64,000 nucleotides of DNA, taken from contig NW_024704742.1 in the NCBI RefSeq assembly GCF_018977255.1, positions 111,974,001 through 112,038,000 on the forward strand, in the 5' to 3' direction. The notes under the pieces were generated by a model. That model was not told the DNA's origin, did no database searches, and worked only from the letters and a program-made list of their open reading frames with translations. The position numbers were made by a program, and so were the translations under genes. Within the stretch, counting starts at the first letter, position 1; each line of letters starts with the position of its first letter. The DNA comes from Callorhinchus milii. Taxonomy: Eukaryota. Shown here in pieces: positions 1-14,336 of the stretch.

Positions 1-394
1 CTTTTGTTCCATCTGTTAGCTCTCTGCTTTGATTCTTAGCATGTGCTATCTTCTTTACCCTTAACAATATATGTGAATGTTGTAGATGTTGGAGGGGGCG
101 AGAAAAGTGGAGAATAGTATAAATAAAATAAATAAATAATCCTTACATTTGGTTTGGCCCCTTTCATGTCAGGAGGATGTCTCAACTGCTTCAAAGAAGT
201 TACTGTTAAGGGCAATGAGTGTGTATTTTGTAGGTGAATGATAACAAAACAGATAGAAATAAAGCAAAAGAAAGTTAAGAAAAAATGATCGTTGATGAAA
301 GATTAGCAGAAAAGAGCATAAAATGTTAAATAATACAAGAAAAGATATGAGGATACAAAACAGACAACAGCTTGAACTTATGTAGCACAAATGT

Positions 395-930
395 ATCTAA
401 TCATTCCTCATAGTTCATCCCTCTAATGTTGGGGATTAGTCTTGTTTGTTTCCTTCGTTCTGCCTTTCGGACTTGGTTAGTCTCCTTATGTCTTTGTGAA
501 TGGAACTGTATGCATTTCTCTAGGTGTGGGTGGGACCAAACCAGAGTACTGTACAGCTCGAGCGTGACTTCTTTCAACAACAACAAGTTGCATTTATATG
601 GCGCCTTTCACATAGGATGAGCATCTCAAATCACAAAACAAAAGGCATATTTATTTTGGAAGCCATGAAAGACTTATAAAGAAAGTACAGCACGAACAGG
701 TCACTTAGCCCAACCAGTGCATGCCAGTGTTTATACTATACTTGCCTGAGTCTCCACCCACTCCTTACTCCCTCCCATATCCTTCTTTTCCCCTTTCTCT
801 CTTTCCTCTTGAATGCATCCATACACTCTGATTCAACCACCGCTTCAGGCAGCGAGGTCCACATCTTTTACCTCTTTTACATCCGTGCCTCGGTATCTTA
901 TACTTATGTTGACTTGTAAGTTATACCGAC
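395..930 (-). mobile_element. Degraded CR1 LINE fragments (RT C-terminus and 3' end)
   Basis: Minus-strand peptide LYSTLVWSHPHLEKCIQF..TRLIPNIRGMNYEE; CR1-like 3' end at about 660-930; short L2 tail at about 575-630 between them. Confidence 0.65.
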
Positions 931-3577
931 TGTGGGGCTGAGCTTGGAGAAAATAGAACCCTGGACTCAGTGGCAGAGCCAGGCTTTGCAACTGGGAGAG
1001 GGTGGCAGGGGCAGATTGGGTGTTTGGGAAATGGGGAAATTTCCTGAATGCCCCATGAATGGTTCCTGACCGCCCCTGTGAATGGCTCCCAATGCTTGCC
1101 ACCCCGTGGGGCCTAGTTCAGAATTTCTATTTAAGCCTGACAAAAAGTTTTGAAACACGCAGATGTCTTCTATGCTTTTTGGCGCCCCACATGAATCGGA
1201 GCCCCTATTTTACCTGATAATCTCAAGCCTTTTCGGGGAGCCAGGCCGCCAATGGTCATTATTGGCATTACCTACAATTATATCTCTCCTTATACCTCCC
1301 ACTCTGGCTCTCTTCCCATCACTCTCAGCTCCACTCATCCTCCCTCTGTCCCTCCCCAGCCCTGCCCACCTATTACCTCCACCACTGCCCAGACTAACTT
1401 ATACTGACTGAGGCTAAGCTCAGAGATTTTAGAAATTAGAAACCCTGCAATGAGTTATATGGAATGCAGGGCTGAGCTTGTAGGGTTTATCAAAAAGAAA
1501 AGGAACAAAAGGAGCAGGAAGAGAAAATTAGGTAAGGGATGGAAATAGTAGAACAAGAGACACAGAGGGTCAATAAACATGTCTGGCCATCAAAAATGGA
1601 TACGAAAAAAATACAATACAATTCGTATTTACAAGATCTGCCAGTGGTATTAGTGGTGGGCAAGTAGAGAGTTGAGAAATATTGATGGTGGCCAAAGTTA
1701 ATTTGCAGAGACAAAGCCTATGAAAATTGCTTTGTTTCTGTATAAATCTGAACATTGATAATTGGGATCTGGATTTCACTCTCCGTTTGGAATATTGGAA
1801 AATGTATTGAATGTGTATCGAATATAATAGATATTCCCCATCATGATGATGGCAAATTAACCTATCTATAGTTTAATACATTTTCCATCACAACCAACAA
1901 TCACCAGATTAAAGTACCCAAATGACTACTTGGTGGTGCTCAGACTGGACACCCTACTATCACCGGCAATAAAGAGAGGACATAAAGTCTAGTCAAATGA
2001 ATAAAGAGACCAGACTATAGCAAGGGTTCAACTCACTCCATCTATCGAATACGATGTAAACCAGTGTGTGGAAACTGCCCCTTTTAGTTATGATCGAAAG
2101 GTGACGACATACAATTAATTTTGCACACAAGTGCATACACACATACTTTAAAGAATAAGAACAGCCTATTATAAGGCCATATCTTTCTATGCTTTTGGAA
2201 AAAAATCAGAGAATTAAAAAATAAGTAATTCAACTGCTCCATCTGACCCTTCAGCAGGAATCAATTACAGACGACAGGAACGTAGTTTGACATGTAGTCA
2301 GCAATTATTCCGCATAAAGATTCCAGATGCTATAACAGAAATTCTAAGCCTAGAAATTTAAAATGACAGATTGAGGCATACATGTTAATGCTTTCACTAA
2401 TCTTTCAATTGCAATAATTTTCTTTCGCGTTTAGAGTGCAGGACAAAACTTCATGAGAGGACCATCCCAATGCATTTGCCAGTCACGCAAAGCAGGGTAA
2501 TCACGCACCACATCCACATGTCTGTTCAATTCAAAAGAATGAAAAACAACTTTCATATCAATGAAAACTGCTTCCCTTGATATGTACAGGATAATTATAG
2601 TGCATTTGTTCAGTTTTAGGAGACTTGACTTCTGTTAACATTTGCAGAGGTCCTGCAGTATTGGGGATTTCAAGTTTGCAAGTCAGAATTTTAGAAGATT
2701 TATTTAATTAATTTAATGTAAGACTTAGGAACGATTACAGTACGACATTGAAAGATAATATTAGTAGGATTAAGATAGCACATAGAACCAGTCTTGAGTA
2801 TGAAGTGAATGGATTATACATTATATACATCTCAAGCACTCTGAGACACTAACCCTGCATGGAGGGCGCTGTATAAGTGCAAATTGTTGTTGTATGCAAT
2901 TGTATTGACTTGAAAAAGTGCTCAATTTTATAGAATGCACTAATTAAAAGTCATGATTGGTCATAGAGTACTTTCGTCTCAGCAGAGTACAAATGTGTTT
3001 ACTTTTAACTGGGTTTAGATTAATAGCACCTAAACTGCTTCAGCACTTAATCCAGATAAATATTCCATCGACTACTGATGGGTTTAGGTACTGCAGGTGC
3101 CAGGCACAAATAAACGTTCAAAATGTCATCAGCATCTATGAGATTAATTCCTATTTCAAGTGGAAAGATAGTTGGCCAAAACATTGCAATTTTTGGAACA
3201 ATACATGCCCTCTTCAATTTCCACTTAAACAGCCAGACAGGATATCAGTTTAACATCTCATCCAAATTCTGAAACCTCTGACAATGCAGCCCAGTACTGC
3301 ACTGAAGTATCAACCTGACTATATGTTAAAGATGAAACCCCCAACTTTGCAGACACAGTCACAGATAAATACAATACAATTTACACTTATATAATGGCAT
3401 TCTTGTCAGGAGGATGTCCCAAAGCACTTAACAATTCTGACTGGGCACTGAGGGGGATATAAATAGGTGTTCTTGTTCAACTGGACACAAAGATTCTGTT
3501 CTTCCAAATAGGGGCTACACAGTTGTGTTGTAATATGTAGAATGGTTTCATGGTTTCAGTGAAACAGTACAGGTGTA

Positions 3578-5360
3578 CAGCCTCTGTGGGCTTCCACCCG
3601 CGGAGATCCTGAAGCAGCCGTCCAGCTGCTCCATGATCGCCTCTCCTCCACCTTCAACTCCCCTCGTCTCCCTGAAATCCAGGACCATCTCCAATCCCAC
3701 CCGATCTCCCTGGTACAACAACCATCTCCGCTCCCTAAAAACCAAAAAACGGCTGCTCGAGCGCAGATGGCGGAAAACTGGCCTGACAGTCCACCGCCAA
3801 CTGTGGCTCAAGCATCTCCACAGTTACCGCCGTTCTTTGACACGAGCAAAAACGGCATTTTACTCCAACATCATCTTGGAGGCTAAACACAACCCAAAAT
3901 CCTTTTTTCCACCACCCACTACCTCCTCTGTGCCCCCCTCAGGCCTCCTCAATCTTCATATCCAATGCCAAGTGCGAGGAGGTCATGGACTCATCTAAAA
4001 TTCACAAAATCCGCCAGGCAGCCTCATCCAACTGCCTCTTGTCACCCACCACCACACCCTTTCTGTCCCCCTCAACATCATCTGCTCTGACCACCACCCC
4101 CATCCTACATTCCTTCCTCCCCATCTCTCCCTCTTCCCTCTCACCCACCATCACCTCCATGAAACCCACCACTTGCTGCCTGGACCCCTCCCCATCAACT
4201 TGCTGGTCACCCAGCTCCCCCTCCTCTGCCCACTACTGGCTGACGTCATCAACCAGTCCCTCTCCTCCGGATCAGTCCCTGCCCCCCTCAAAACTGCTGT
4301 CATCACTCCCCTCCTCAAAAAATCTTCCCTAGATTCCTCAAATCCCAGCCACTGCTATCCCATTTCTAACCTGGCCTTCCTCGCTAAAGTCTTAGAACGC
4401 GTTGTTGCCAATCAACTTCGCGCACACCTCTCCTCCCACTCCCTCTTCGAATGAGTCCAATCCGGTTTCCGCCCTGCCGACAGCACAGAGACTGCGCTTG
4501 TGAAAGTCACAGACAACATCCTATCTATCTGTGACCAGGGCTCCCTCTGCCTCCTTGTCCTCCTGGATCTCTCTGCAGCGTTCAACAGTCGACCCGCCAT
4601 CCCCCTCCACCGCCTTTCCTCTGTCATCCATCTCAATGGGACTGCACTCGCCTGGTTCAAGTCCTAACTCACAAACTCGCCAGCAGTACATCTGCACAAA
4701 CGGCTTTTCCTCCCGCTCTCACCCGGTTACCTACAGTGTACCCCAAGGATCCATCCTTGGCCCCCTCCTCTTTTTGATCTACATGCTCCCTCTTGGGATG
4801 TCATCTGCAGACATGGGGTACATTTCCACATGTACGCGGACGACACCCACCTCTATTTTTCCACCCCTCTTTGCGACCCCCAGTCCCCTGATGTTCTGTC
4901 AGCCTGCCTTTCAGTCCTCGGGCTGGATAAGCGCATATTTCCTTCAACTGAACATCGACTAGATGGAAGCCATACTCTTTGGCTCTCGTCAACGTCTCAA
5001 ATCCCACGGCTCTCACCTCCTCCACCTACCCGACTTCCCCCTAAAACTCTCCGAACACGTACGCAACCTTGGCATCAGGTTCGACTCCCAATTATCCTTC
5101 CTCCCCACATTCCCTGCTAGCTCCGCTCCAGCATAGGTGGGGGGAACGTTCAGACAGTTTGCCCCCATTCTGCAGAACTCCATCCCAGATTCCCTCCGAC
5201 TCGCTCCTCTCTCCCTTCAAAATCTGTCTTAAGACTTGTCTCTTCGATCTTCTCCCACACTTACAGCCACATTTCCTTAACCCCCGGCAGCTGGGGCTCG
5301 CTTTTAGCTATGTGAAGCGCTTTGAGACAACTTCCCAACATGAAAGGCGCTATATGTTTG
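3578..5360 (+). mobile_element. Decayed L2-clade LINE (ORF2 reverse transcriptase fragments)
   Basis: Frameshifted peptides [56 protein letters not shown] and YADD (4833-4844); ends in tail aagcgctttgagac..tgaaaggcgctat; contains stops and an internal deletion. Confidence 0.9.
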
Positions 5361-5624
5361 TATATTGTCATTTGTTTGTATGATGGTTATTTCTGTATAG
5401 TTGGCTTGAAGAAGTCAATCAGAGCCAGAAGCTCCTTGACTTCTTGAAGAAGTCTGGATCTACTAGCTGGAGCTGCCGAAAAAAGGCTCTTATTGTAGTG
5501 TCAGTTTGGGGATTTTAAAAAAAATTGAAAGGTGAGCTGTCGCAATAGAACAACAACAATTTCACAACAAAGCATTCCGGGACACTGCCCTGCATGAGGA
5601 GCGCTTTATAATTATGCGAGTTGT

Positions 5625-5870
5625 TGTTGTTGTTTTATATTTAATTAGCTCTTTTATGTTGGGAGGATGACTCAAGGCATTTCACAGAGCTGACAGTGGG
5701 AGGAGCTGAGGGGAGAGGGAGAAAGGTGGATAAAAGCACCCTTGAGAAGTTAGATTTTAAGACGGGCTTCAAAGATGGGAAAGGAGGGGTGAGTTGGAAC
5801 TGAGCAAGGATGGGGGTGATAGGTGCACGGAGACCAGAGTGGGAGAGGCCACGAGCTGCAGAGTCTTGGA
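5625..5870 (-). mobile_element. Degraded L2 3' fragment
   Basis: Minus-strand peptide remnant LRAPITPILAQ..FPSLKPVLK and a degenerate tail. Confidence 0.6.
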
Positions 5871-8800
5871 TAGTTAAAGTGCAAGACTGATTTTTTTTCA
5901 TTATTATTACACAACACAGCAGTTATAGCAGCAACAGAAATTTGACCTTCTTGCCTCTACCGAAGACAGAACATGTCATTTCCATAGTCGGGGGCATCCA
6001 CCCACTCAATGATATTAACTTCAATTAAGACAACTAGGTTTAAATGATGGGCATCTGGCTAATCCAAATACAGACCCAACTGGTTAGGGATCAGGCAGTT
6101 AACCACTTGAACTACCAAACCCTTTGTAAAGTGGAGCTCTTGTTAATTCCAAGACAATCTGGAATGATTTTGCAGCAAGACAACAAAGAACAGCTGAAAT
6201 TATGTTTTTATTGAACTATCACAACCTCAGACTTTCTCCTCTTTGTAGCCTGTTTTGACTATTTGCTCTTGTGGTAAGTACAATTTCTGGCTGAGAAGGA
6301 GACACATGCCCAGTCGGCGAGTGCCATTGTGTTTCCGGCTGTCAGGATGGGGGCACAGTTGCTATATGGGAGGAACCTTTCACACCCCATGGGAAAATGC
6401 CTGGAATCTACTGTTACCACTTTACACCAGCACCCGAGTATCAAAACCTCATTGTGTGGGGAAAGGCAGCTCCCAAACCACTTCCTCCCACGCAAGGGCG
6501 CAGCCAGACTTAGTTCTCTCACAAAATAGGACTTCTGCAGCTAGCTTTCTGGGACTAAGCATAATTTAGTTAGCAGTTTGCCGTTCAGATTACTGCATGT
6601 TCACAAAGTGTTTATTACATCAATCTGTTCTTTATTTTATTGATGTTCTACTCTCGTGCAAACTTAACCCAGCCCTTCAGCGCAGACAGAGTAGGGCACA
6701 CTTTCTCAGCACAATAAAGCTCTTGCATTGTTCTATCATTATGCCAGTTCTCTATAAACCACACCTATGGATGTTGTTGGCTCCAGTGCTATTTTTACGA
6801 CCATGGTGTAAAGGCCTTTGTGTGTAGCTCTCTAGCGTTTAATAAGGTAGGATTTATAAAAGGCTACAAGAATTAGCATTCAGAGAGTGAATGCTAACAG
6901 TGAGTGAATGCTAACCAATCATTCGGACAAAGTAAAATGTGATAACTTCACAATTTCCTTGTTTGCTTTACAAACAACAGTTAGTTTAAAGGGAAAACCT
7001 TAAATATTTGCAATGTTGTGTGGCACCGAGCTTTCCTGAAGTTGTTCATACAGTCTTAAAATTCACAAGAGTTGCATAATTTCCTCCATATAAACCACAA
7101 ATTTGTTTTAACCTCACCCTTTGGTCCTAGATTAACATTTTAGGTATAAACTGCCTTTAATAAATGTAAACTTCAAGCACACCAATTTATACTTAAGTGA
7201 ATTTAATGCTTATAATTTAGGAAATGTATGAACATAAATACTGTGCTTGAGTTGTGATGAATATTACTGGGCTGTACTTTTGTGAAACTGGGTATTTTAA
7301 TTAGTAGCCCACTGAACTACACAATGACTAACATCTGTGATCTGTGTGGAGGCAAGCTGCCTGAGATCATGAGTCAGTGGTTGGAACTAAATGGATTAGA
7401 TATTACACTTAAGCCTCCCCCCCCGCATAAAGACCTTCCTTACACGTTCACAATATCTTTTTAAAAGTCTATGAATTGTTCAGAAACTTCATATAAAAAT
7501 TTAACATGGGGCTCTTGTAAGATCTTGGCATGTTCAGTGTTACATTCATAATGGAACACTTTATGCCCTTCTTTATGCACGCCTTGTGCATTCTGCCTCT
7601 GCAGCTGTAAGAAAATGTTGGCGAACGACAGCCTCAAGTTTCATCTTTACTCGTCTATTGTGACGACCAAGGCATTGTTTATAGCGAGTTGAGTCAATAG
7701 ATTCCTTTTGCTGATGAATGAACTCACACAGAGGTTTATTCTCTGTAGTTTCCTGATTTCACATCAGCCTTTTGCATTTGCAGCATGTGCACAAACCACA
7801 TTTTCCTGCAAGGTTTACGAGAGAGAAAAAATATTTTTTTTCACTATCATGTAGCTCCCTCCCCACCCCCACCAAACTCTACTTTTAACCAGTGAATGTG
7901 GACTTATTTTTCTTATTTTAATGTGGTAGCTTTAACTAAATGAGAATAATAATGAAAGAAATTAAGACTAAGTTTTTTTTAAAGAAAATATTCAATATAA
8001 AGGTAAAGAAAATGTAACTACAAGGCCTGTGAAAGATACATAAAAAGCATGTACTTCTCATCTTCTAGTAATATATTGTCTGCAAATATATCTAGCTTAA
8101 ATGTATAATTTTTCCTCTTTTTAGTGGGCGATTGATTCTAGGACTGAGTTCTGAGTGTGTCACAAATTGTAATTTCATGATACACCATCATTTTAAACTA
8201 GCTGTTGAGGAAAGTTTTAATCTGTGCATTAAAGGCTTCGGAAAGCCCTGTGTTCCTCGAGGTAACAGACATTCTGTTTAGCGGATTGTCTGGAGGAGGG
8301 ATGCCTGCCCTCAAAGAAGGCCACAGTATTCTGAGTAAGAAGGATGCGGTTTACAGAGTGGGTTGTTATGTAAAAAAAATCCTCCTTTGCAATCAACCAC
8401 ATGCATGTATTTTTCATTGATTTTTAAAAAAAATATGATGAGTTACTGCATAATTGGTTAGAATCCACAACTATGTATTCTGAATGCCTTTTATGAAAGT
8501 TGCTAATCCAGGAAGGCTGGATAGTCATGAATAAATGCCTATTTACCAGTCTCTAAAAGCTAGGCTTGTAGTATGGGGAGAAATCTTAAACAATGAGGAA
8601 CATATATTTGGCCCATCCAGCCCGCTCCTTCCACAAACCATGCAGAAACTACCCTATTGTGGAGGCTAAATTCAACACATGGATGCTCCTTTTTTTGCCA
8701 AGGATAATAAAGCAAACTCTACAGAGTATTCATCCATTTCCACTGTTCCATCCTGGACTCTCCCTCTTCAGACACACTAATCTTCCTTCCACCCACAGCC

Positions 8801-9059
8801 ACCTCCCCCACCTCCAAAGAAAAGGAATATTGTACCCATTTGCTATTTGTTAACTTAAATCTAATTCCTATATCCTTGAATGGTGTTCCCAAGCAGATAT
8901 TTATCCATTTTTTTAAGAAGTTAATTGACAGAATATGAGTATCAACTATTTGGATTATGTTCCATATTTACAACATATTTACAACCATGAGAAAAAAATC
9001 CCAATCTCCTAATTTTAAGTTTCTTAATCTTAAATGTATATCCTGTAGTTGTCTAAGTA

Positions 9060-9445
9060 TCGACCTGGCTCAGCTAGTAGCACTGTTGCAACTGAATCAG
9101 AAGGTTGTGGATGTCGTGCCATCCTTCAGATGAGAATCTGCCTGTTCAGATGAACATTAAAGATTGCATGGCATTTTTTTCAAAAAGAGAACAGAGTTTC
9201 TTCTAGTGATCTGGACAACAATCTCCCAGATAAATGTATTCATTTGTTTCATTTACTGTTTGTGGGATATTGTTGTGTGCAATGTTCATGCTGCTATGTT
9301 CACCTATAAATACACAGTATTTGTATATGAAGGATAAATGAATTCACCGTATTGCCATAATACACTTCACAATATTTTCTGTGAAGCGCTTTGAGACATT
9401 CGCCTGATGCGAAAAGTGCTGTACCGAATGTAAGGAATATTATTA
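9060..9445 (+). mobile_element. Old Deu-type (SacSINE1-like) tRNA-derived SINE
   Basis: cctggctcagctagtagcact..aatcagaaggttgtgg head, ctgcctgttcagatgaacattaaagat body, tgtttgtgggatattgttgtg core, L2-like tail. Confidence 0.75.
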
Positions 9446-9489
9446 TTTACAGAAGCAATACATTTTAAAGATCTGGATCATGTTCCCAA

Positions 9490-10125
9490 TTAATCTTATT
9501 TTCACCAATGAAAGAGAGTTGTGTACATGTTGGCTGTTTTTTTTCCAACACACATCACTTTGTATTCATCTACATTAAAATCCATTCTACCACTGCTGAG
9601 CCATTCTACTTAATGTTCCAGATCTTGCTTGGTATCAACGGAAATTTTAAAATATATTATAAAAAGTATTTTCCTATAAATAATTTATGAGTAGAGAACA
9701 CAGAACAGAAGTAGTCCATGTCCTTACAGAGAGTATTATCCATTTATCATCACCTTCTTCTTGCCATTGCTGAACCAATTTTTGATCTAGGCAACTATTA
9801 CACCACTAATTCTTTGATCTTTAACCTTGTTCAAAAGTCTTTCATGCGTAGCTTTATCATATGCTTTTTGAAGATCAAGCAAATCATATGCACTGGGCAC
9901 CCCTCATCCACAAATTTAATTACTTCCTTGAACGATTCAGATTTGTGAAAAATGACCCATTGTTTCTAAGACTATGCAAAATCCTGGTCTGTGATTTCCA
10001 TATCTTTCTCGACTTCTTGAACAATGAGTAATATTTGCTGTGCTCCAAGCTTCAGGTAGAGCTCAGTGTTTATAGAGCTTCTAAAATTATTCAGCAGCGG
10101 TTCACCTATTCCTTTAAGCACCCTT
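9490..10125 (-). mobile_element. Highly degraded CR1 RT fragments
   Basis: Reverse-strand CR1-like text such as tttatcatatgctttttgaagatcaag and ttacttccttgaac. Confidence 0.5.
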
Positions 10126-10579
10126 CAGTGCGTTCATTTTCATGTACAAATAAAAAATGATTGGATAGCAGTTGGGTATTGAAATACCAGTGTGTGTGTG
10201 CGTGTGGGAGGCGAGGTGGGAGTGGGATGAGGCAAAACATTTAAAAATTTTGTTTTATTGGTTATAATTAATCTTTAGCAAAAAAGTAACTTGAAATATT
10301 AATTTCACTTTAACTAAACCTTGCCAGTCACCTGTGTGAAGGATGAAACTTTCACGTTTGAAGCTGATGTACCAGAGGAGTGTAATGCAGACAGTTACTG
10401 AATGCACCTACTGCATGTTGCAACCAAGCACGCTTGTCACTAAACCACCAATGAGTACTGATTCCCCAGGATCCGCTTAACCCAACCACACATCAATAGA
10501 GACTTGGTGCATTCCCCTCCCCACCCCGCACAATGTTACTGAATCATCACTTCTCCCCTCTTCCCCCCACAAGATCAAT

Positions 10580-10840
10580 GTAATAGTAATAATTTGTACA
10601 TTTGACATAACACGTTTCACATCGGGAGGAGATAGCACCTTTCACATCGCTTTAAAGTACTTTGCAAGATTTATTGTGAAGTGTAATGATTATGTACTTT
10701 GTAAACAAACGCAGCAGCCAATTTGCGCACAGCAGTATCATACAAACAGCCATGAAGTGAACTCAAAATCTTGATGTGGGGCTTCTACCCATAATCTCTG
10801 ACTCAGAGGCAAGAGCCTAACCAATTGAGCCAGGTTGAGA
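10580..10840 (-). mobile_element. Old Deu-type SINE, internally deleted
   Basis: gcagcagccaatttgcgcacagca core and ctctgactcagaggcaagag..ccaattgagccagg head on the minus strand. Confidence 0.7.
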
Positions 10841-12949
10841 CCTGATGGCACTGAATGTACAGTACACTCAGCGCTCGGGTATAGGTGGTGGTGTGCACAG
10901 TACAAGCAAGTACCAATTGCCAGGTATTGGATGTGTTCTGCTTGGACTTCCTCTCCCTCACTCCCCAGATTGTCTTGCATGAAATTTCAACAAATTTTTG
11001 TTTCTTTTTTATAAAAAAAACCTTGAGCCTTTCCGTCACTGTGTGATGAGTGAAGCAACACTGAACGTGACAACAGAAATGCACAGGGGAGATTAGAGTT
11101 TTTTTAAAAAGGGACCTTTCCAGTTCCAAAGAGGCCCAAATTCAGCAGATATTTAATTAAACCTAGACTGGGCTCAGCTCAGGCTTCTCTGGTCTCAGTT
11201 CAGAGCTAATACTCAATGTGCTCAGTGTGCAGCATCCGACTTGATTCACACCAACTTTGCCCTTCAGCTCAATAGTTTTAAACTCTTAAGATGGATTTCC
11301 CAGAAAGTTTTGAATATTTTTCTACCCGTAGTAGTCCAGAGGTGCAGCTACTGTTTTCACACCTTTCGTTTAGGCTTATCATATCAGAACAGCAGGCTTG
11401 CAAAGGTGCTGCCACTTCCTTTCAGATAAATAGCTTCCTTGCATCAACTCAAACTACAGTAAAACAATGCTTTCAGTTTGAGGATCATGTTTTAGAAACA
11501 TTTGCTTCATCTACCAAATTTTCAGCACCGTGTATTGAATTACAGTTTAATGGTGCAATTACCACTTTACTAGCTTTAGCACAGAATGGATTTTACAACA
11601 AATCTGCGTATCATCCATTCCATTAACATTAGATAGGAGTTCATTTCAGAATTTCCTTAGTAGTTTGTTTTTCTCATACAGTTGTAGGTTAACTTGCAGT
11701 ACTACAAAACCTGCTTGTTCTGGAGAAATATTGTGTGGATAATAATCAATCGATTATCAATAGACCTTTAATTAAGACATACAAAATTCATTGTCACAAT
11801 CAACAACTTTCACAATTTCAAAGATTTAACATTTGTTTCAAAGAGTCACAGAATGCAACAGCACAAACATGCCATTCAATCTGTTATGTTGGTGTTTTCA
11901 TCTCGTCTAATGCCACTCTCTTGCTCATACTCCATACCCTTTAATATTCCATATCAAATGCAAGGATTATTATTATTATTATTCCTCTTTTTCAAGCAGC
12001 TATCTAATTTCCTTAGCTCTTTTTTGGTCAACCGGGTGTTTGACACATGCAGAAAAGCCTGGCTCAGGAACCGGACTACTGAGATCGCCAGAGTGTTGAC
12101 TTAATTCTGATATTGTGTTGCCAAACATTCATCTCCATTTTAGAGCGAGCTAAGCCCCACGGAGGCTTTGCGAACCTCCTCACCCCCTCTCTGCTCCCCA
12201 GAACAATAGTAAAAAGATTTGATGAACTCTTCTGCTTCAACAATTTAGCAGAGAACTCCATATTTCAGCCAGTCTGTTGGTTTCTGTTGATGTTGTTGTT
12301 GTTGTTTTTAGTTGTTTGGTTGTTAACCAATGTGGGCTGATATTCTTATTAAGCATCACTGATTTGAAGGAGCTAGTGAGAGTGGCTAAATTGACTGGGG
12401 AGCTATAATTATTAGCATGCCAGCTTTGCCATTCCAAATTATCTGTGATGTTAGTTCAGTTCCCTCACACCAGCTCTCCCAAACCAGTTTCCTCTGATGA
12501 TGCCTCATTAATTACATTAAAAATACCACCCCCCCCAAATGTTAGTGCTAATTCTTCAATACTAATTTTGGAAAAGAGACTCCAGTGTTAACAGTAGTTC
12601 TTTAATTTGTTACTATAAAACTGTGAGACTTAATCCTTTAAAAACAAACATTGTTCTAGTGTTACTGTTTCAGAGATCTTTATTGTCCAATTTTTAGACA
12701 CTAATAATGCCAACAGATAGCTCTTTTACTGACAGGTAATATTCCCACCAAAGGAATAGTATTCAATGAGAAGTGACACTGAAAAGCTATATTAAAAAAA
12801 ACTCAGGAAAAGAGGCAACAAAATAGACTTGTGTAATGTTTGTGCCTGTCAATATCTTGTGAGCATATTGTACTATGAAGCAATTAATAGCCTGCAACTG
12901 AACCATTGCCGTCTATTACAATAAAATAGCTGTGTCTTATTTGTAACAG

Positions 12950-13119
12950 GAAACGGATATGGGAATCCCCGCAATTCGCCAGGTTTGCTGGTCTCGCCTG
13001 GCAGCATGAAGAATATGTCAGCCAAGTCACCCCCTCCAATGAACTTGGGCATGAACAACCGTAAGCCTGATCTCCGTGTTCTCATCCCACCAGGCCCAAA
13101 GAACACCATGCCGTCAGTG
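12950..13119 (+). CDS. MEF2C: MEF2C internal coding exon (transactivation region, contains MAPK docking motif [10 protein letters not shown])
   Basis: ttgtaacag|GA AAC GGA TAT ... CCG TCA GTG|gtaagt; 170 nt, phase 1 to 0; translates (G)[56 protein letters not shown], recognisably MEF2C. Confidence 0.97.
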
Positions 13120-14312
13120 GTAAGTGGCAACCTTGTCCGGAACAAGGTTCTTGTAAATAATCAAGATTTTCTACAGAGCTAGAATCTAGTATTCCTACTG
13201 CATTTCAGGAAAATTGTAAGAAAGTTTCTTTTGTAAGGAACAGAATTCAGGCCACATTGATTTGTGTACATACTGAGGGCACCTTGTAGCACTAAAAAAC
13301 AGAACAAATCAACTTTATTTGGTGATGCAAAGCAGAATTTAACATTGCCCAGTGAATATTTAATACCTTGCCCAGCATGGACAGAAAAGAGAGCATAAAA
13401 GCAGTAAAGAGAGAGTGCCTGCCGACCATTCAGGGCCCATTCCTGTGGTAGGTAGAAATGTCATAGTGAAATATTCTGACAAAATACTGAGGGGTGTCCT
13501 TTAAACATTCTTCAGTAATTTCACGGGCAATTCTCTGATCATCTGTAAGTTTATTGATCTTGGCGGGCAGTCCCATCTGATCCTTTAATGCTTGGTAACT
13601 TTATCGACCTTGGCAGATGAAGTTGGAATGGGATTTTCCCTTTATAAATCCATACTCTCAAGGTGTGGACAATCAGAAAATTGCCCCATATTGTCCCCTC
13701 ACTAGTTCTTTTTAGTGAAAGATTTTTAAATTAACATTGAAAATGTTTGCGTCTCAACACCAGCCTGAATCCCCTTCAAAACAATGTGAAATTCCTGCCC
13801 CATCACCAACACGCCATTCACAGCTAAGCAACACCAATAAAAAGCAACACAACAGCGTGCAGAATGTGGGGAACTGCTCAGTGCTATTTAGGATTCTTTG
13901 TAGGACCTCTCTGAGTTCGAAATGGATTTAGGACAAAAAGTCCAGAAATCCAGAAGGCTTGTGGCACAGAGAACAGGGGCACCCAGTATCAGGCAGTGAG
14001 CAATCATTCCATTATCCACGTGAAGAATTGCCGGTCTTCATCTCACCATCAGAGGTGGTCATAAGCAAAGGGCAAATGCATTCTCCAAGTGAAGGTAGTG
14101 GAGATAGTGAAGCACCAAAATCTAATCAGGTGAAGTGTGGGAGCGGGTCAAAGGCCTGATCTCTGAAATAGAAAATGGAAATCCAAAAGAAGGAAATTTA
14201 AAATTCATTTTAACACTGGAGGATAAGCCCATGCTAAACCTCTCTAGACAGTCTGTGGTGACTCTTGTGTCCCAGCTAACGGTTATTCATTGCTCCTTTT
14301 TTATGCTCACAG

Positions 14313-14336
14313 TCTGAGGATGTTGATTTATTATTG
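14313..14336 (+). CDS. MEF2C: MEF2C alternative beta microexon (24 nt, SEDVDLLL)
   Basis: ttttttatgctcacag|TCTGAGGATGTTGATTTATTATTG|gtaagt; phase 0/0; peptide matches the acidic MEF2C beta domain and lies in the expected position. Confidence 0.95.

Noticed and set aside
3573..5383. Functional reverse transcriptase gene
   Set aside because: Multiple frameshifts, stops and an internal deletion; a dead L2 copy.
1..12949. Upstream MEF2C exons (MADS/MEF2 domain, short GGLMGGDL-type exon)
   Set aside because: No matching coding sequence with splice sites found by eye; presumed upstream of the window.
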